Source: an uncultured Poribacteria bacterium (lineage in GTDB: Bacteria; Poribacteria; WGA-4E; WGA-3G). From it: 64,000 nucleotides of DNA. Position numbers and translations under genes: made by a program. Location: assembly GCA_958296135.2 (NCBI GenBank), contig CATQHZ020000001.1, positions 2,656,001 through 2,720,000 of the forward strand, given 5' to 3'. The notes beneath the pieces were generated by a model, which did no database searches, was not told the origin of the DNA, and saw only the letters and a program-made list of their open reading frames with translations. Positions 31,601-41,766 of this stretch are shown one piece after another; the stretch's first letter is position 1; each line of letters starts with the position of its first letter.

Positions 31601-31794
31601 TTGAAAAAAACGCCCAATGAAACTAAAAAAAATAACTCGGGTCGTTTTGCGCAACCGAAACGGGCGGATAGAGACATCCGCCCTGACGATTTCTAGCAGC
31701 CTCGTCCGAGACCCGAGCGATTCAGGTGCTTGACACAGAAATCAAAAAATGCTATGCTCAAAAAATGCTATGCCCCAAAAATGCTATGATTAGA

Positions 31795-32337
31795 CTAATT
31801 GTCCTCGGCACCTTCATTAATCCAATCGATGAAGAGTTGAATCTCCTCGTCATTGAGAGCCGGCGGAATAGGGGGCATGCCGCCGCCATCAATCCGCTTG
31901 ACAACAAGACTCCCGTCGCCATCATCGGCGACAAAGGCGGGGCCGTTATTGCCGCCTTTCTTGAAGGTGTCGTATTGACTGAGGTCGAGCCCAGCCGCGC
32001 CGCCCGCGACATGGCACCCCGGAATCGCGCAGCGCGCCTCAAGGATAGGTGAAATGTCGTCCTGAAACGAAACTTTTGGCTCTTCAACTACGGGTTCAAC
32101 AACATCAGGCTCTTCAACGCCCGGCTCAACAGCAGGTTGGACAGGCGGCACCGGCACTGGCGGTGGCACTGACGGTGGCGGTGGCGTAACAGGCTGGACG
32201 ATATCCGTCACACCGCCCGGTTCTTCCTCAGCCAACTCGCCTTCGTCACCGCAGCTGAGCATGAAAACGGCGAGGCAGAGGCAGAGCAGAACTCGCCAAA
32301 CGGAACAAAATGGATAAGTTAAACGTGAATGAATCAC
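31795..32337 (-). CDS. Lipoprotein with a Pro-rich linker and a PSCyt1-like cytochrome domain
   Basis: Lipobox MLSC; RCAIPGCH; similar to the 23294 gene; GTG start after AAGGAG. Confidence 0.72.
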   Translation of the reverse strand: MIHSRLTYPFCSVWRVLLCLCLAVFMLSCGDEGELAEEEPGGVTDIVQPVTPPPPSVPPPVPVPPVQPAVEPGVEEPDVVEPVVEEPKVSFQDDISPILEARCAIPGCHVAGGAAGLDLSQYDTFKKGGNNGPAFVADDGDGSLVVKRIDGGGMPPIPPALNDEEIQLFIDWINEGAEDN

Positions 32338-32506
32338 AAGTAGTGTTCTCCTTTTTTGTAGCACCAAACCGGTAGGCGCGGTTTTCAACCGCGCGCTTCA
32401 CGAAACGTGCACGCTTACAAGGCGCGCCTACCGACATTTATGGATTTTCAAGCGTGTTGTCAATTTGGTCTCATATAGTATACCACCAAACGGAGGAGAT
32501 ATCCAG

Positions 32507-33451
32507 ATGAAAATTATGATTAACACCGAGATAACCTCGGAACACCAGCAGCAGATAGAGGCGGTTTCCGAGCAGCTGCACCTCGTGCATCCACAGAATG
32601 GGGCAGAGGCACTCAGCGAAATTGGCGATACCGACATCGTCTTCGGCGGTTTCAACCGCACACTATTCGAGAATGCCAAGCAACTCAAATGGGTGCAGGT
32701 GCTTTCCGCTGGCGTTGATGGCCTCCTGTTCCCCGAATTCGTCAAGAGCGACGTTATCTTAACGAGCGCAAAAGGGTTCGTCGGACCGCATCTGGCAGAC
32801 CAGGCGTGGGCATTAATCCTCGGCTTGCTCCGGGGCATCGGACGCTCCGTGCGCGAACGGACATGGGACAACCGCATGGCCATCAGACTCGCAACATGGG
32901 AACTGAGCGAACGCACCCTCGGTATCGTCGGACTCGGCGGCACAGGGATTGACGTTGCGCGCCGCGCGCAAGGGTTTGACATGCACGTCATCGCCGTAGA
33001 CCCGGAGACAGTCGAGGCACCCGCCTTTGTCCACGAAGTGTGGCAGATGGAGCGGTTCCATGAACTCCTCGCGCAATCGGATGTCGTCGCTATCTGCGCA
33101 CCGCTGACACCGGAGACGCACGGCATGTTTGACGACGCAGCATTCCAAGCGATGCAAGCGCACGCGCTGCTCGTCAACGTCACGCGCGGCAAGATTATCG
33201 ACGGACCGGCACTGCTCCGCGCGCTTAACAATGGAAGCATCGGCGGCGCGGGGTTGGATGTTACACCCGAAGAACCGCTGCCAGCGGATAGCCCGTTGTG
33301 GGATATGCCGAACGTGATTATCACGCCGCACGTCGCCGGTGGTTCGCCGATTCGGCTAGACCGGACGGTGGGACTTTTCTGTGACAACCTCGAACGGCTT
33401 TTGGTTGGGAAACCTCTCCTCAGCGTCATTGACAAGGAGAAGGGGTATTAA
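32507..33451 (+). CDS. D-isomer-specific 2-hydroxyacid dehydrogenase
   Basis: GIVGLGGTG, NVTRG, LDV..EEPL, TPHVAG. Confidence 0.92.
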   Translation: MKIMINTEITSEHQQQIEAVSEQLHLVHPQNGAEALSEIGDTDIVFGGFNRTLFENAKQLKWVQVLSAGVDGLLFPEFVKSDVILTSAKGFVGPHLADQAWALILGLLRGIGRSVRERTWDNRMAIRLATWELSERTLGIVGLGGTGIDVARRAQGFDMHVIAVDPETVEAPAFVHEVWQMERFHELLAQSDVVAICAPLTPETHGMFDDAAFQAMQAHALLVNVTRGKIIDGPALLRALNNGSIGGAGLDVTPEEPLPADSPLWDMPNVIITPHVAGGSPIRLDRTVGLFCDNLERLLVGKPLLSVIDKEKGY

Positions 33452-33454
33452 TGC

Positions 33455-33630
33455 CAACTGCAGCGCGAGGGTCTGGCCCTCGCGACTAAACCTTGAGTCT
33501 GTAACGCGAGGGACAACCCGGCGATCTCGAATCGCCGAGGGTTCCCCTCGCGAACCCTTCAGCCACGAAAACCGCAGCAGAAACAACTGTTAGGGTGCGT
33601 ATCACGCCACTGCCCTCGCCCTACGGGGTA
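33455..33630. repeat. REP-like palindrome cluster between convergent genes
   Basis: GCGCGAGGG...CCCTCGCG units; similar cluster at 35755-35870. Confidence 0.6.
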
Positions 33631-33636
33631 ATTTGC

Positions 33637-34647
33637 TTAACTCGGTTCAGCAATTTTCACTAACTGTTTGCCGATATTGCCGCCCTTTAGCATGCTAATA
33701 AACGCAGCCGGTGCCGCTTCAATTCCGCCTTCTTCAATCGTCTCGCGGTATTTCAGTTTGCCTTGCTGCACCCATTCGCCCATCTGGACGAGAGCCTCGG
33801 CGTGCCGGTCGGCGAATTCAAAGACGAGGAATCCCTCAATCCGCGCGCGCTTCGTGATAAGATGCCACAAGAAACGCGGCCCCATCTCCGAGTTCTCCAA
33901 GTTATATTGCGAAATCTGTCCGCAGATCACGACGCGGCCCTTAAGACGCAAATTCGGAAAAACAGCATCCGTGATGCGCCCGCCGACGTTGTCAAAATAG
34001 ACATCGATGCCATCGGGACAAAGCTCTTCCAGTTTCGCCCCATAATCGCTCACGTTTTTGTAGTTAAAAGCGGCATCAAAACCGAGTTCGTCAAGGATAT
34101 AGGCGACCTTCTCGTCGCTCCCTGCGGTGCCGATGACGCGGCAGCCCTTAATCTTCGCAATCTGCCCAACGACAGAACCTACCGCGCCTGCCGCACCGGA
34201 GACGAACACCGTCTCGCCATCTTGCAGTTTGCCGACTTCAAGCAGCCCGAAGTAGGCAGTCAAACCCGGCATGCCCAGAATGCCGACACCTGTTGAGATA
34301 GGCGCGAGGCTCGGGTCGATTTTGCGAAGAGCATCGCCGCTCGCGACACCGTATTCCTGCCAGCCAATGTGCGCGTTCACAATATCGCCAACCTGAAAAT
34401 CGGCATGCTTCGACTCAACGACTTCGGCGGCGACTCCGCCTACCATAACTTCGTTGAATGCCACGTTGGCGGCGTAAGAACGCGCTTGGTTCATCCGGCC
34501 CCTCATATAGGGGTCGACAGAAAGGTAAAGGGTTTTGACTAACACTTGTCCGTCTTCCGGCGTAGGAATCGGGGCTTCTACCAACTTAAAGTCAGATTCT
34601 TTCGGGTAGCCGACAGGACGTGCGGCTAAGGTAATTTGTCTATTCAT
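33637..34647 (-). CDS. NADP-dependent alkenal reductase (CurA/PTGR-like MDR)
   Basis: LSVDPYMRGRM, GMPGLTAYFGL, VSGAAGAVGS, GQISQYN. Confidence 0.92.
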   Translation of the reverse strand: MNRQITLAARPVGYPKESDFKLVEAPIPTPEDGQVLVKTLYLSVDPYMRGRMNQARSYAANVAFNEVMVGGVAAEVVESKHADFQVGDIVNAHIGWQEYGVASGDALRKIDPSLAPISTGVGILGMPGLTAYFGLLEVGKLQDGETVFVSGAAGAVGSVVGQIAKIKGCRVIGTAGSDEKVAYILDELGFDAAFNYKNVSDYGAKLEELCPDGIDVYFDNVGGRITDAVFPNLRLKGRVVICGQISQYNLENSEMGPRFLWHLITKRARIEGFLVFEFADRHAEALVQMGEWVQQGKLKYRETIEEGGIEAAPAAFISMLKGGNIGKQLVKIAEPS

Positions 34648-34677
34648 ATTAGTCTCCTATAGACTGTTCATCAGCAA

Positions 34678-34938
34678 CCGTAGGAGAGACCTCCCGGTCT
34701 CGATGCACGAACCGTAGGAGAGACCTCCTGTCTCAAACCGTAGGAGAGACCTCCTGGTCTCGATGCACACATAAACCGTAGGAGAGACCTCCCGTCTCAA
34801 ACCGTAGGAGAGACCTCCTGGTCTCGATGCACGCATGAACCGTAGGAGAGACCTCCTGGTCTCGATGCACGCATGAACCGTAGGAGAGACCTCCTGGTCT
34901 CGATGCACGCATGAACCGCAGGAGCTCGCTCCTACCGG
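34678..34938 (+). repeat. Tandem GTAG-REP array (7 units plus 1 variant)
   Basis: CCGTAGGAGAGACCTCC units at 34678, 34712, 34738, 34776, 34802, 34840 and 34878. Confidence 0.9.
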
Positions 34939-35654
34939 GTGTTGAATTGAACGGCATCTTCGCCGTGGATGACGACGAGTTCGTGCAACGGCGCATCCCA
35001 CTCCAGCACTTTGACAATCGGGACGATGACGCGCACCGCCAAGCCGATGCGCCGTTTATCGGAACAATTCGCATCGGAATGATGCAGCGTCCGTTCGTTG
35101 AAGAGCACAAATTCGCCGGGTTGCATCTCCAGATTAACGCAACTGCTGGTGTCAATGAACCCCAAATCGCCCATCTGGTTGAATGCCATCTCGGATGTCG
35201 CCTTCACGTGCGGCACCACCTTGCGGTGTGAACCCGGGAGAATCTGGAGGCAACTATTTTCTAAGGTCGCGGCATCGATGGCAATCCACGCCGAGATGAT
35301 AATGGGCGGCTCAAGGGGCCAGTAGTTAAAGTCTTGGTGCCACGGAATTTCCTTCGCGCCCGGCTCCTTGACGAAGAAATTGGTGCGCCAGAGCAGCAGA
35401 TCTGGCCCGTAGAGGGCCGCCATCCGTGTGACAATAGCAGGATGCGTAGCAAACTCGTGAATCAACCGATGATCGAGATGGCGGTTATGTTCTCTCACTT
35501 TATGATCGGGTGCATCCGTTTTCAGCACCTTCTCAATTTCGGGTTGCATATTCCGCATCTCGTCAGGGCTGCAGAGGGTGTAAGGACCGAGGTAACCCTG
35601 CTTCCGAAACTGGTCCATCTCCGCGCAGCTTAACTGATAGTTTGTATGTGGCAT
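34932..35654 (-). CDS. PhyH-family dioxygenase
   Basis: IPWHQD, ILPGSH, LHHS..N. Confidence 0.9.
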   Translation of the reverse strand: MPHTNYQLSCAEMDQFRKQGYLGPYTLCSPDEMRNMQPEIEKVLKTDAPDHKVREHNRHLDHRLIHEFATHPAIVTRMAALYGPDLLLWRTNFFVKEPGAKEIPWHQDFNYWPLEPPIIISAWIAIDAATLENSCLQILPGSHRKVVPHVKATSEMAFNQMGDLGFIDTSSCVNLEMQPGEFVLFNERTLHHSDANCSDKRRIGLAVRVIVPIVKVLEWDAPLHELVVIHGEDAVQFNTR

Positions 35655-35881
35655 AGCGTGTTATCCTCACTCATCTCTCGGGAGGCGCGCTTACAAAACG
35701 CAACGACTCCGTGGTTTCAGTATATCATTAAAACTATTACGTGTCAAATCAGCCGGAGCACGGCGAGGGAAACCCTCGGCGATTCGTGATCGCCGGGCCC
35801 TCGCCCTACGTGCCGCGGACGGTTTTCGGGATGACCGGAGCACGGCGAGGGACAAGCCCTCGCCCTACGGTTACGATGTGT

Positions 35882-36916
35882 CTACTGACAGACATGCACC
35901 TTAATCGCGCCAGAGGTTTTATCGGCGGAGACGCGGAACGCCTCCTCAATCTCATCAAGCCGGTAATGGTGCGTTACCAACTTTGTCGCATCAACCTTCC
36001 CCGAAGAGATGAGTTCGATCGCCGCCTCAAAGTCAGTCTCCATCCCACTATAGCCGTAGCAGTTCGAGCCGGTGATAAACGCCTCTGACCAGACGATAGT
36101 GGAGAGGTTCACCTCCAGCGGTTTGTAATACCCCGCGACGAGGACGACAGCCCCCTGCTTCCGCACGATAGTCGTGGCGATATTGAAGTTCTCCGCGCCG
36201 CCTACCGTCTCTATCACCGCGTCAAAACCGATACCGTCCGTGATGTCCTTGACATATTCGCGCACATCGGTGTTACCGACGTTAACAACGTGGTCCGCGC
36301 CGAGAGTCTTCGCTAATTCCGCCTGCTGTTCATATTTTACCGTGATCAACGTCTCCTTAATCCCCGCGGCGACTGCATCGGCTAGGCAAAATTGCCCGAT
36401 GGTGCCGCCGCCAATAATGGCGATGCTGTCGCGCGAATTCGCACCGGTACGCGCAACTGCACGGTGTGACACAGCCAACGGTTCAACCAGCGCGCCCTCC
36501 TCAAACGTCATCGTACCCGGCAGTTTAAACAGCCCAGAGTGGTGCGTCGCGGTGTATTCGGCGAAACCACCGTGCATATTCGGGGAGATCCACGCCCGGT
36601 TACCGCACAGATTATACTGCCCGGTCTCGCAATATTTGCACGTGCCGCAGTGCGAGAAACATTCCACCGCGACTTTGTCCCCGATTTCAAAATCGGTAAC
36701 GCCATCGCCGAGTTTCATGACTGTACCGCAGGTCTCGTGGCCAGCGGCGTGCTCATGCGACTGTCCCCAATGCCCAAAGTAACTGTGCAGGTCGCTGCCA
36801 CAAATGCCGGTCTGCCTGGTATCAACAAGCACATAGCCGGGAGGGGGTTCGTTCCGTTCGACTTCTCGAATCGCAATCTGCTCAATGCCGGTGTAGATAG
36901 CGGCTTTCATTTTCAT
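35882..36916 (-). CDS. Zinc-dependent alcohol/polyol dehydrogenase
   Basis: GICGSDLH, GHE, CGTCKYC...C, LVEPLAV. Confidence 0.92.
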   Translation of the reverse strand: MKMKAAIYTGIEQIAIREVERNEPPPGYVLVDTRQTGICGSDLHSYFGHWGQSHEHAAGHETCGTVMKLGDGVTDFEIGDKVAVECFSHCGTCKYCETGQYNLCGNRAWISPNMHGGFAEYTATHHSGLFKLPGTMTFEEGALVEPLAVSHRAVARTGANSRDSIAIIGGGTIGQFCLADAVAAGIKETLITVKYEQQAELAKTLGADHVVNVGNTDVREYVKDITDGIGFDAVIETVGGAENFNIATTIVRKQGAVVLVAGYYKPLEVNLSTIVWSEAFITGSNCYGYSGMETDFEAAIELISSGKVDATKLVTHHYRLDEIEEAFRVSADKTSGAIKVHVCQ

Positions 36917-36969
36917 GAGCGGTTCCTCCTTTTTTGGCAGGCGCGCTTTCAAAGCGCGCTTACAAGGAT

Positions 36970-38625
36970 TTACGATAACTCTAAAACTCGTTTCCGGATC
37001 TCTCGCTTATCGGATTTTCCAACGCCGGTCTGCGGGATTTCATCAACAAAGATAAACCGGTCCGGGATCCAAAACTTCGGGAACTGTTTGGCGAGGCGCG
37101 CTTTCAATTGCGCAGGCTTGATTTCCGCTTCGTCCGGTTCACAGACAACAACGGCAACGGGACGCTCGCCCCACTTCTCGTCAGGAACACCAAGAACGGC
37201 GGCATTGAGAACCTGTGGATGCGCCATCAACGCAGTCTCCAGCGCGACGCTTGAAATAGACTCGCCGCCGCTCCGAATCAGTGCCTTTGCTCTATCAACA
37301 ATCTGCACATAACCCTCGGCATTGATAGTCGCAATGTCACCGGTGCGTAACCACCCATCTGCCGTGAAATGTTCCGCTGTCGGCTCTGTTTTGTAATAAC
37401 GACTCACTGTCCATGGACTTCTCACTTGCAGTTCGCCTATCGTCTCGCCATCCCAAGGTAGTTCCGCCGAGGAAGAATCAGCACTCACCGTAGGCGCGGT
37501 TTGCAACCCTGTTACTTCTGCAAGCCGAATCTCCACACCTGGCACCGGTCTGCCTTGCATCGCTTTTACCTTCCACTTTTCAGCTTCCGACAGGTTCTGG
37601 TGTGCACGGCGTAGCATTGATAGCGTCCCGGTGGGCGACATCTCTGTCATCCCCCAGGCGTGGCGCACCTCAACCCCAAGTTCCTGTTCGTAGGCCTCGA
37701 TGAGCCTCGGCGGCATCGCTTCGCCGCCAACGATAATTTGCCGCAGTGAGGCACTATCCTGCGCGCGGCTTCGCAATTCGGGATACGCTTGTCCCCAGAC
37801 AGCGGGCACCCCCGCCGCAACGGTTACCCCTGTTTCAGCGATGAGATGCGCAATCCGCGCAGGTTTGGCACCGCCAGGCAGCACCAGATCTGCGCCTGCA
37901 AATAGGGCGGCATACGGCACGCCCCACGCCATCGCGTGGAACATCGGAACAAACGGCATCACGACATCTGCCTCCGTGAATCCAAACACATCTGCCTGAT
38001 TGACTGCCATCGTGTGGAGGAACATGGAACGGTGCGTGTAGAGGACACCGCGCGGTTCACCACTCGTCCCGCTCGTGTAGCAGAGCCCCATCGCCCAGTT
38101 TTCGTCCCGAATATCCCACGCGTCAGTTTCATCTGCTGCAGCGATAAGTGCCTCATACTCGTCTGAATCGGATGCCTGCTCAGGCGAACCCGAGCCCCTA
38201 AAAAAGATACTGGGCAGGCAGCCGATTTCTTTCTGCAATCCTTCAAACCGCGAGGCAAATCTGCCATCCACAAAAATGAGTTTATCCTCCGCCTCGCGCA
38301 CAATCTCGGCGAGTTGGGCAGCGGCGAGACGCACATTGAGCGGATGAAGCACCGCGCCGATGCACGGAATCGCGTAATAGAGCTCTAGGTGCTGATATGT
38401 GTTCGCGGCGTAAGTCGCCACCCTGTCGCCCGGCCGGATGCCGAGTTGGACGAGAACGTTCGCCAACCGCCGGACGCGGCAATAAAACTCGGCGTAGGTA
38501 TAGCGATGTTTGGGCTCAGGCGAGCCCGAACTACACGCCGTCACGCCTTTATCACCGTGGATGCGGTGTGCATGTTCTAAAATCCGCGCGAGTGTCAATG
38601 GATAGTTCATCATCGAGCCGTGCAT
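36970..38625 (-). CDS. Fatty-acid--CoA ligase (AlkK/DmdB-like) with REP-derived inserts
   Basis: YTSGTSGEP, PMFH, WGMTEMSP, GWLRTGD; GAGGAG RBS. Confidence 0.9.
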   Translation of the reverse strand: MHGSMMNYPLTLARILEHAHRIHGDKGVTACSSGSPEPKHRYTYAEFYCRVRRLANVLVQLGIRPGDRVATYAANTYQHLELYYAIPCIGAVLHPLNVRLAAAQLAEIVREAEDKLIFVDGRFASRFEGLQKEIGCLPSIFFRGSGSPEQASDSDEYEALIAAADETDAWDIRDENWAMGLCYTSGTSGEPRGVLYTHRSMFLHTMAVNQADVFGFTEADVVMPFVPMFHAMAWGVPYAALFAGADLVLPGGAKPARIAHLIAETGVTVAAGVPAVWGQAYPELRSRAQDSASLRQIIVGGEAMPPRLIEAYEQELGVEVRHAWGMTEMSPTGTLSMLRRAHQNLSEAEKWKVKAMQGRPVPGVEIRLAEVTGLQTAPTVSADSSSAELPWDGETIGELQVRSPWTVSRYYKTEPTAEHFTADGWLRTGDIATINAEGYVQIVDRAKALIRSGGESISSVALETALMAHPQVLNAAVLGVPDEKWGERPVAVVVCEPDEAEIKPAQLKARLAKQFPKFWIPDRFIFVDEIPQTGVGKSDKREIRKRVLELS

Positions 38626-38654
38626 GTCTCTCCTCGGACAAAAAAAATCAAAAT

Positions 38655-38683
38655 TTGACATTGGCACTTTTGCAAGGTATAAT
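38655..38683 (+). promoter_or_regulatory. Consensus sigma70 promoter of the TonB receptor gene
   Basis: TTGACA-17 bp-TATAAT. Confidence 0.75.
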
Positions 38684-38769
38684 TTATCATAACACAAAAC
38701 GATGATGATGTGTAACAAAAAATCGTTACCATCCTCATATCACCTGATTTGAAACATGGAGGACATATT

Positions 38770-41559
38770 TTGGAAATACTCAATAAATGCCATTGGTGCG
38801 TTTTCGCCATTTTGTTGTTCGGACTCGCATCAGTAATGTCACCGACTGCCAGCGCAGATGCACTCAAGGTAGTCGTGCAAGACCAGGGTGGCAGTGCTAT
38901 CTCCGGCGCGAAAGTCACCGTAGGTTCCGAAACACAAACAACAGACGATGACGGTGCCGCGACGTTCAGCGACGTGCTCGGGGCACAGACATTGATGGTT
39001 ACCGCTGTTGGATTCTCCAGCGAGCGGCTTAACTTTGCCGCCGGACAGACTGAAGCAACAGTCAGGCTCTCGCCTATCCAGACTGTGCAATCGGTTGTCG
39101 TGGTAGGCACCCGGAGCATCGGGCGTCGCGCGTTGCAGGCACCCGTGCCGATTGATGTCGTGAACCGCGAGCAACTCAGCCTCACCGGCCAATCCGAAAC
39201 CGGCAGAATCCTGCAGATGTTAGTGCCTTCCTTTAACTTTTCCAGCTCAACTATCAGTGACGGCACGGACGCGTTGCGTCCTGCAACTTTGCGAGGCTTA
39301 GGCCCAGATCAGACGCTGGTCCTCATCAACGGCAAACGCCGCCACAAAAGCGCGCTGCTTCACGTCAACACGTCCGTAGGCCGCGGCACAGCGGGGACAG
39401 ATTTCAACGCTATTCCGGCATCCGCGATTGAGCGCATCGAGGTGCTACGCGACGGTGCAGCCGCACAATACGGCTCCGATGCCATTGCAGGTGTCATTAA
39501 CATCGTGCTGAAAGACGCGGTGGATACAGGCGATGCCAACGTCTACTGGGGACAAACTTATGAAAGCGACGGCGATACGTGGATCGGGAATGCCAACTAC
39601 GGCATGAAAGTCGGCGAATCCGGTTTCATCAATCTGACAGCAGAATGGCGCGATAGAGTCCGCACCAACCGCGCAGGCCTCACCGGCACGCAACAATACG
39701 ACTGGGTTGAAACCGACCCGGGCAGACCGGCAGACCACATGCTTGAAATCGAAAACGATGACGGCACCGTAACAGCAAAGCCGGTCTGGTTCGACTCGCG
39801 CGAATACACGTTTGAACGGCAGAACTTCCGCATCGGCGACGCGGATGCCTCACAGAAAGTCGGGTTTTACAACTTCGGACTGCCGCTGCTGGAAGGATTG
39901 GAGCTCTACTCGTTTGGTGGCTACTCCACCCGCCAAAACAATAGTGCAGGCTTCTATCGCCGAGCCAATCAAGCAAGCCGAACCGTCACGGAGATTTATC
40001 CAGACGGATTCCTGCCAGAGATTAACACGGATATTGAAGATGTCTCCGTCGCTTTAGGCATAGCATGGGAACACGAAGAGTCAAACTTGGGCGTAGACCT
40101 CAGTCTCAATCACGGGTTGAACACGTTTGACTTTTTCATCTCCAACTCGCTGAACGCCTCCTACGGGCCCGGCAGTCCGACTTCCGCTGAGGCAGGCGGT
40201 TTTAGCCTCTCCCAGACCGCGTTTAACTTGGATGTTACCTATCCGCTAGCGTATCAATCCTCGCTTGTTAATTTGGCCGGCGGTGTGGAATTCCGGCGCG
40301 AAGGGTACGGCATCCACGCGGGGGAACCGCTCTCGTGGATTAATGCCGGGCGCGGCGTTGATAGCGCGGCGAGCGGCATCCAGGTATTCCCCGGCTTCCG
40401 CCCTGATAACGAAGTCGATGAAAGCCGCACGAATATTGCCGGATACGCCGATTTTGAATCGTATCTCAGCGGTGTGCCAGGCACAGGCGTGCTTGTCGGC
40501 GCGGCAGTACGCGGTGAACAGTACAGCGACTTCGGCACTACCGTCACGGGTAAGGCAACCGCACGCTATGATATGACACAGCAAGTTGCCGTGCGCGCCG
40601 CGGGAAGCACCGGCTTCCGCGCGCCTTCACTGCAACAACTCTACTTCAACAACATTAGCACGCAGTTCAAGGTAGATGCCGATGATGTTGATGGCGATGG
40701 CAACACCGATGAGCTCATCGCGCTTGAAGTCGGCACGTTCCGTAACGACAGTGATGCAGCACGAGCCCTCGGCATCCCCGAACTCAAAGAGGAAACCGCG
40801 TTCAACGTCTCCGGCGGTGTCGTCTTAAAACCGGTTCAGAATCTGTGGGTAACTGTGGATGGCTTCCTGATTCAAATCGATGACCGGATTGTCATCAGTA
40901 GCAGTTTCAGCGCGGATAAGGTTCCCGCGCTAGCGGCCGCGGGGGCCAGCAGCGCGCAGGTTTTCACGAACGTCGCGCAAACCCGGACGACTGGCGTGGA
41001 CTTAGCCGCCGGCTACCTCTACGCTTTTGAAAATGAGAATCTGTTGAATCTGAAAATCGCCGCAACGTGGGCTGACACCCAAGTCATCGGTGACGTGGAT
41101 GCACCGCAAATTCTCGTTGGACTTGAGGATACGCTCTTTCCATCGCAGGAACGCTCCATGATAGAGGAATGGCAGCCGAACACGCGCATTAATCTCAGCG
41201 CGGATTACATCGTCGGCCCCCTCACAATTGGCACTGCATTGCGTTACTTCGGGAGTTACACTGTCCAAGAAGGAAGTGGCGATGACCCGGCCCGTCAAAC
41301 CTACGGCGGCAAATGGCTCACCGATATCCAGACGAACTACCGGTTGAACGAAGGCTTGTCGCTGACTATCGGTGCCAACAACCTGTTCGATCAGGTACCC
41401 GACTTGAACGAGATCGGTCAGTCGCGAGGTGGCACGTTAACGGACAGCACTGGGCATGTCATCGTTGATTCGCCGGGTGTGTTCACTTATTCGCGTCGTT
41501 CTGCGCCGTTCGGTTTCAACGGCGGGCTTTACTACGCGAAGTTGTCGTATAACTTCTAA
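38770..41559 (+). CDS. TonB-dependent receptor
   Basis: Plug domain LRGLGPDQTLVLINGKR, IERIEVLRDGAAAQYGSDAIAGVINI; ends YNF. Confidence 0.95.
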   Translation: MEILNKCHWCVFAILLFGLASVMSPTASADALKVVVQDQGGSAISGAKVTVGSETQTTDDDGAATFSDVLGAQTLMVTAVGFSSERLNFAAGQTEATVRLSPIQTVQSVVVVGTRSIGRRALQAPVPIDVVNREQLSLTGQSETGRILQMLVPSFNFSSSTISDGTDALRPATLRGLGPDQTLVLINGKRRHKSALLHVNTSVGRGTAGTDFNAIPASAIERIEVLRDGAAAQYGSDAIAGVINIVLKDAVDTGDANVYWGQTYESDGDTWIGNANYGMKVGESGFINLTAEWRDRVRTNRAGLTGTQQYDWVETDPGRPADHMLEIENDDGTVTAKPVWFDSREYTFERQNFRIGDADASQKVGFYNFGLPLLEGLELYSFGGYSTRQNNSAGFYRRANQASRTVTEIYPDGFLPEINTDIEDVSVALGIAWEHEESNLGVDLSLNHGLNTFDFFISNSLNASYGPGSPTSAEAGGFSLSQTAFNLDVTYPLAYQSSLVNLAGGVEFRREGYGIHAGEPLSWINAGRGVDSAASGIQVFPGFRPDNEVDESRTNIAGYADFESYLSGVPGTGVLVGAAVRGEQYSDFGTTVTGKATARYDMTQQVAVRAAGSTGFRAPSLQQLYFNNISTQFKVDADDVDGDGNTDELIALEVGTFRNDSDAARALGIPELKEETAFNVSGGVVLKPVQNLWVTVDGFLIQIDDRIVISSSFSADKVPALAAAGASSAQVFTNVAQTRTTGVDLAAGYLYAFENENLLNLKIAATWADTQVIGDVDAPQILVGLEDTLFPSQERSMIEEWQPNTRINLSADYIVGPLTIGTALRYFGSYTVQEGSGDDPARQTYGGKWLTDIQTNYRLNEGLSLTIGANNLFDQVPDLNEIGQSRGGTLTDSTGHVIVDSPGVFTYSRRSAPFGFNGGLYYAKLSYNF

Positions 41560-41766
41560 AAAGTTTCTACGGCTATCCGGCCTGCTGGTGAGTGGGCCGG
41601 ATAGCTTCCTCTTCCTGCTCACCAACTTCCCTATCTCACACCGTAGGGCGAGGGACTGTCCCTCGCCGAGTGCCGTTTTCCCAGAAACCGTTCCTCAGTC
41701 CGCAGATAGACTGCCATGAAATCGTAACTTTTGGTAGTCACGCTTTCAAGCGCGGCGCGCGTGCCG

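Noticed and set aside
34678-34938. CRISPR array
   Set aside because: There are no unique spacers, unit lengths vary, the same unit is dispersed elsewhere, and no cas genes are present. The same applies to 14365-14470 and 49551-49685.
34657-35155. Repetitive peptide ORFs (ETRRSLLRF, HRDQEVSPT)
   Set aside because: They are translations of the REP array and overlap the PhyH gene.
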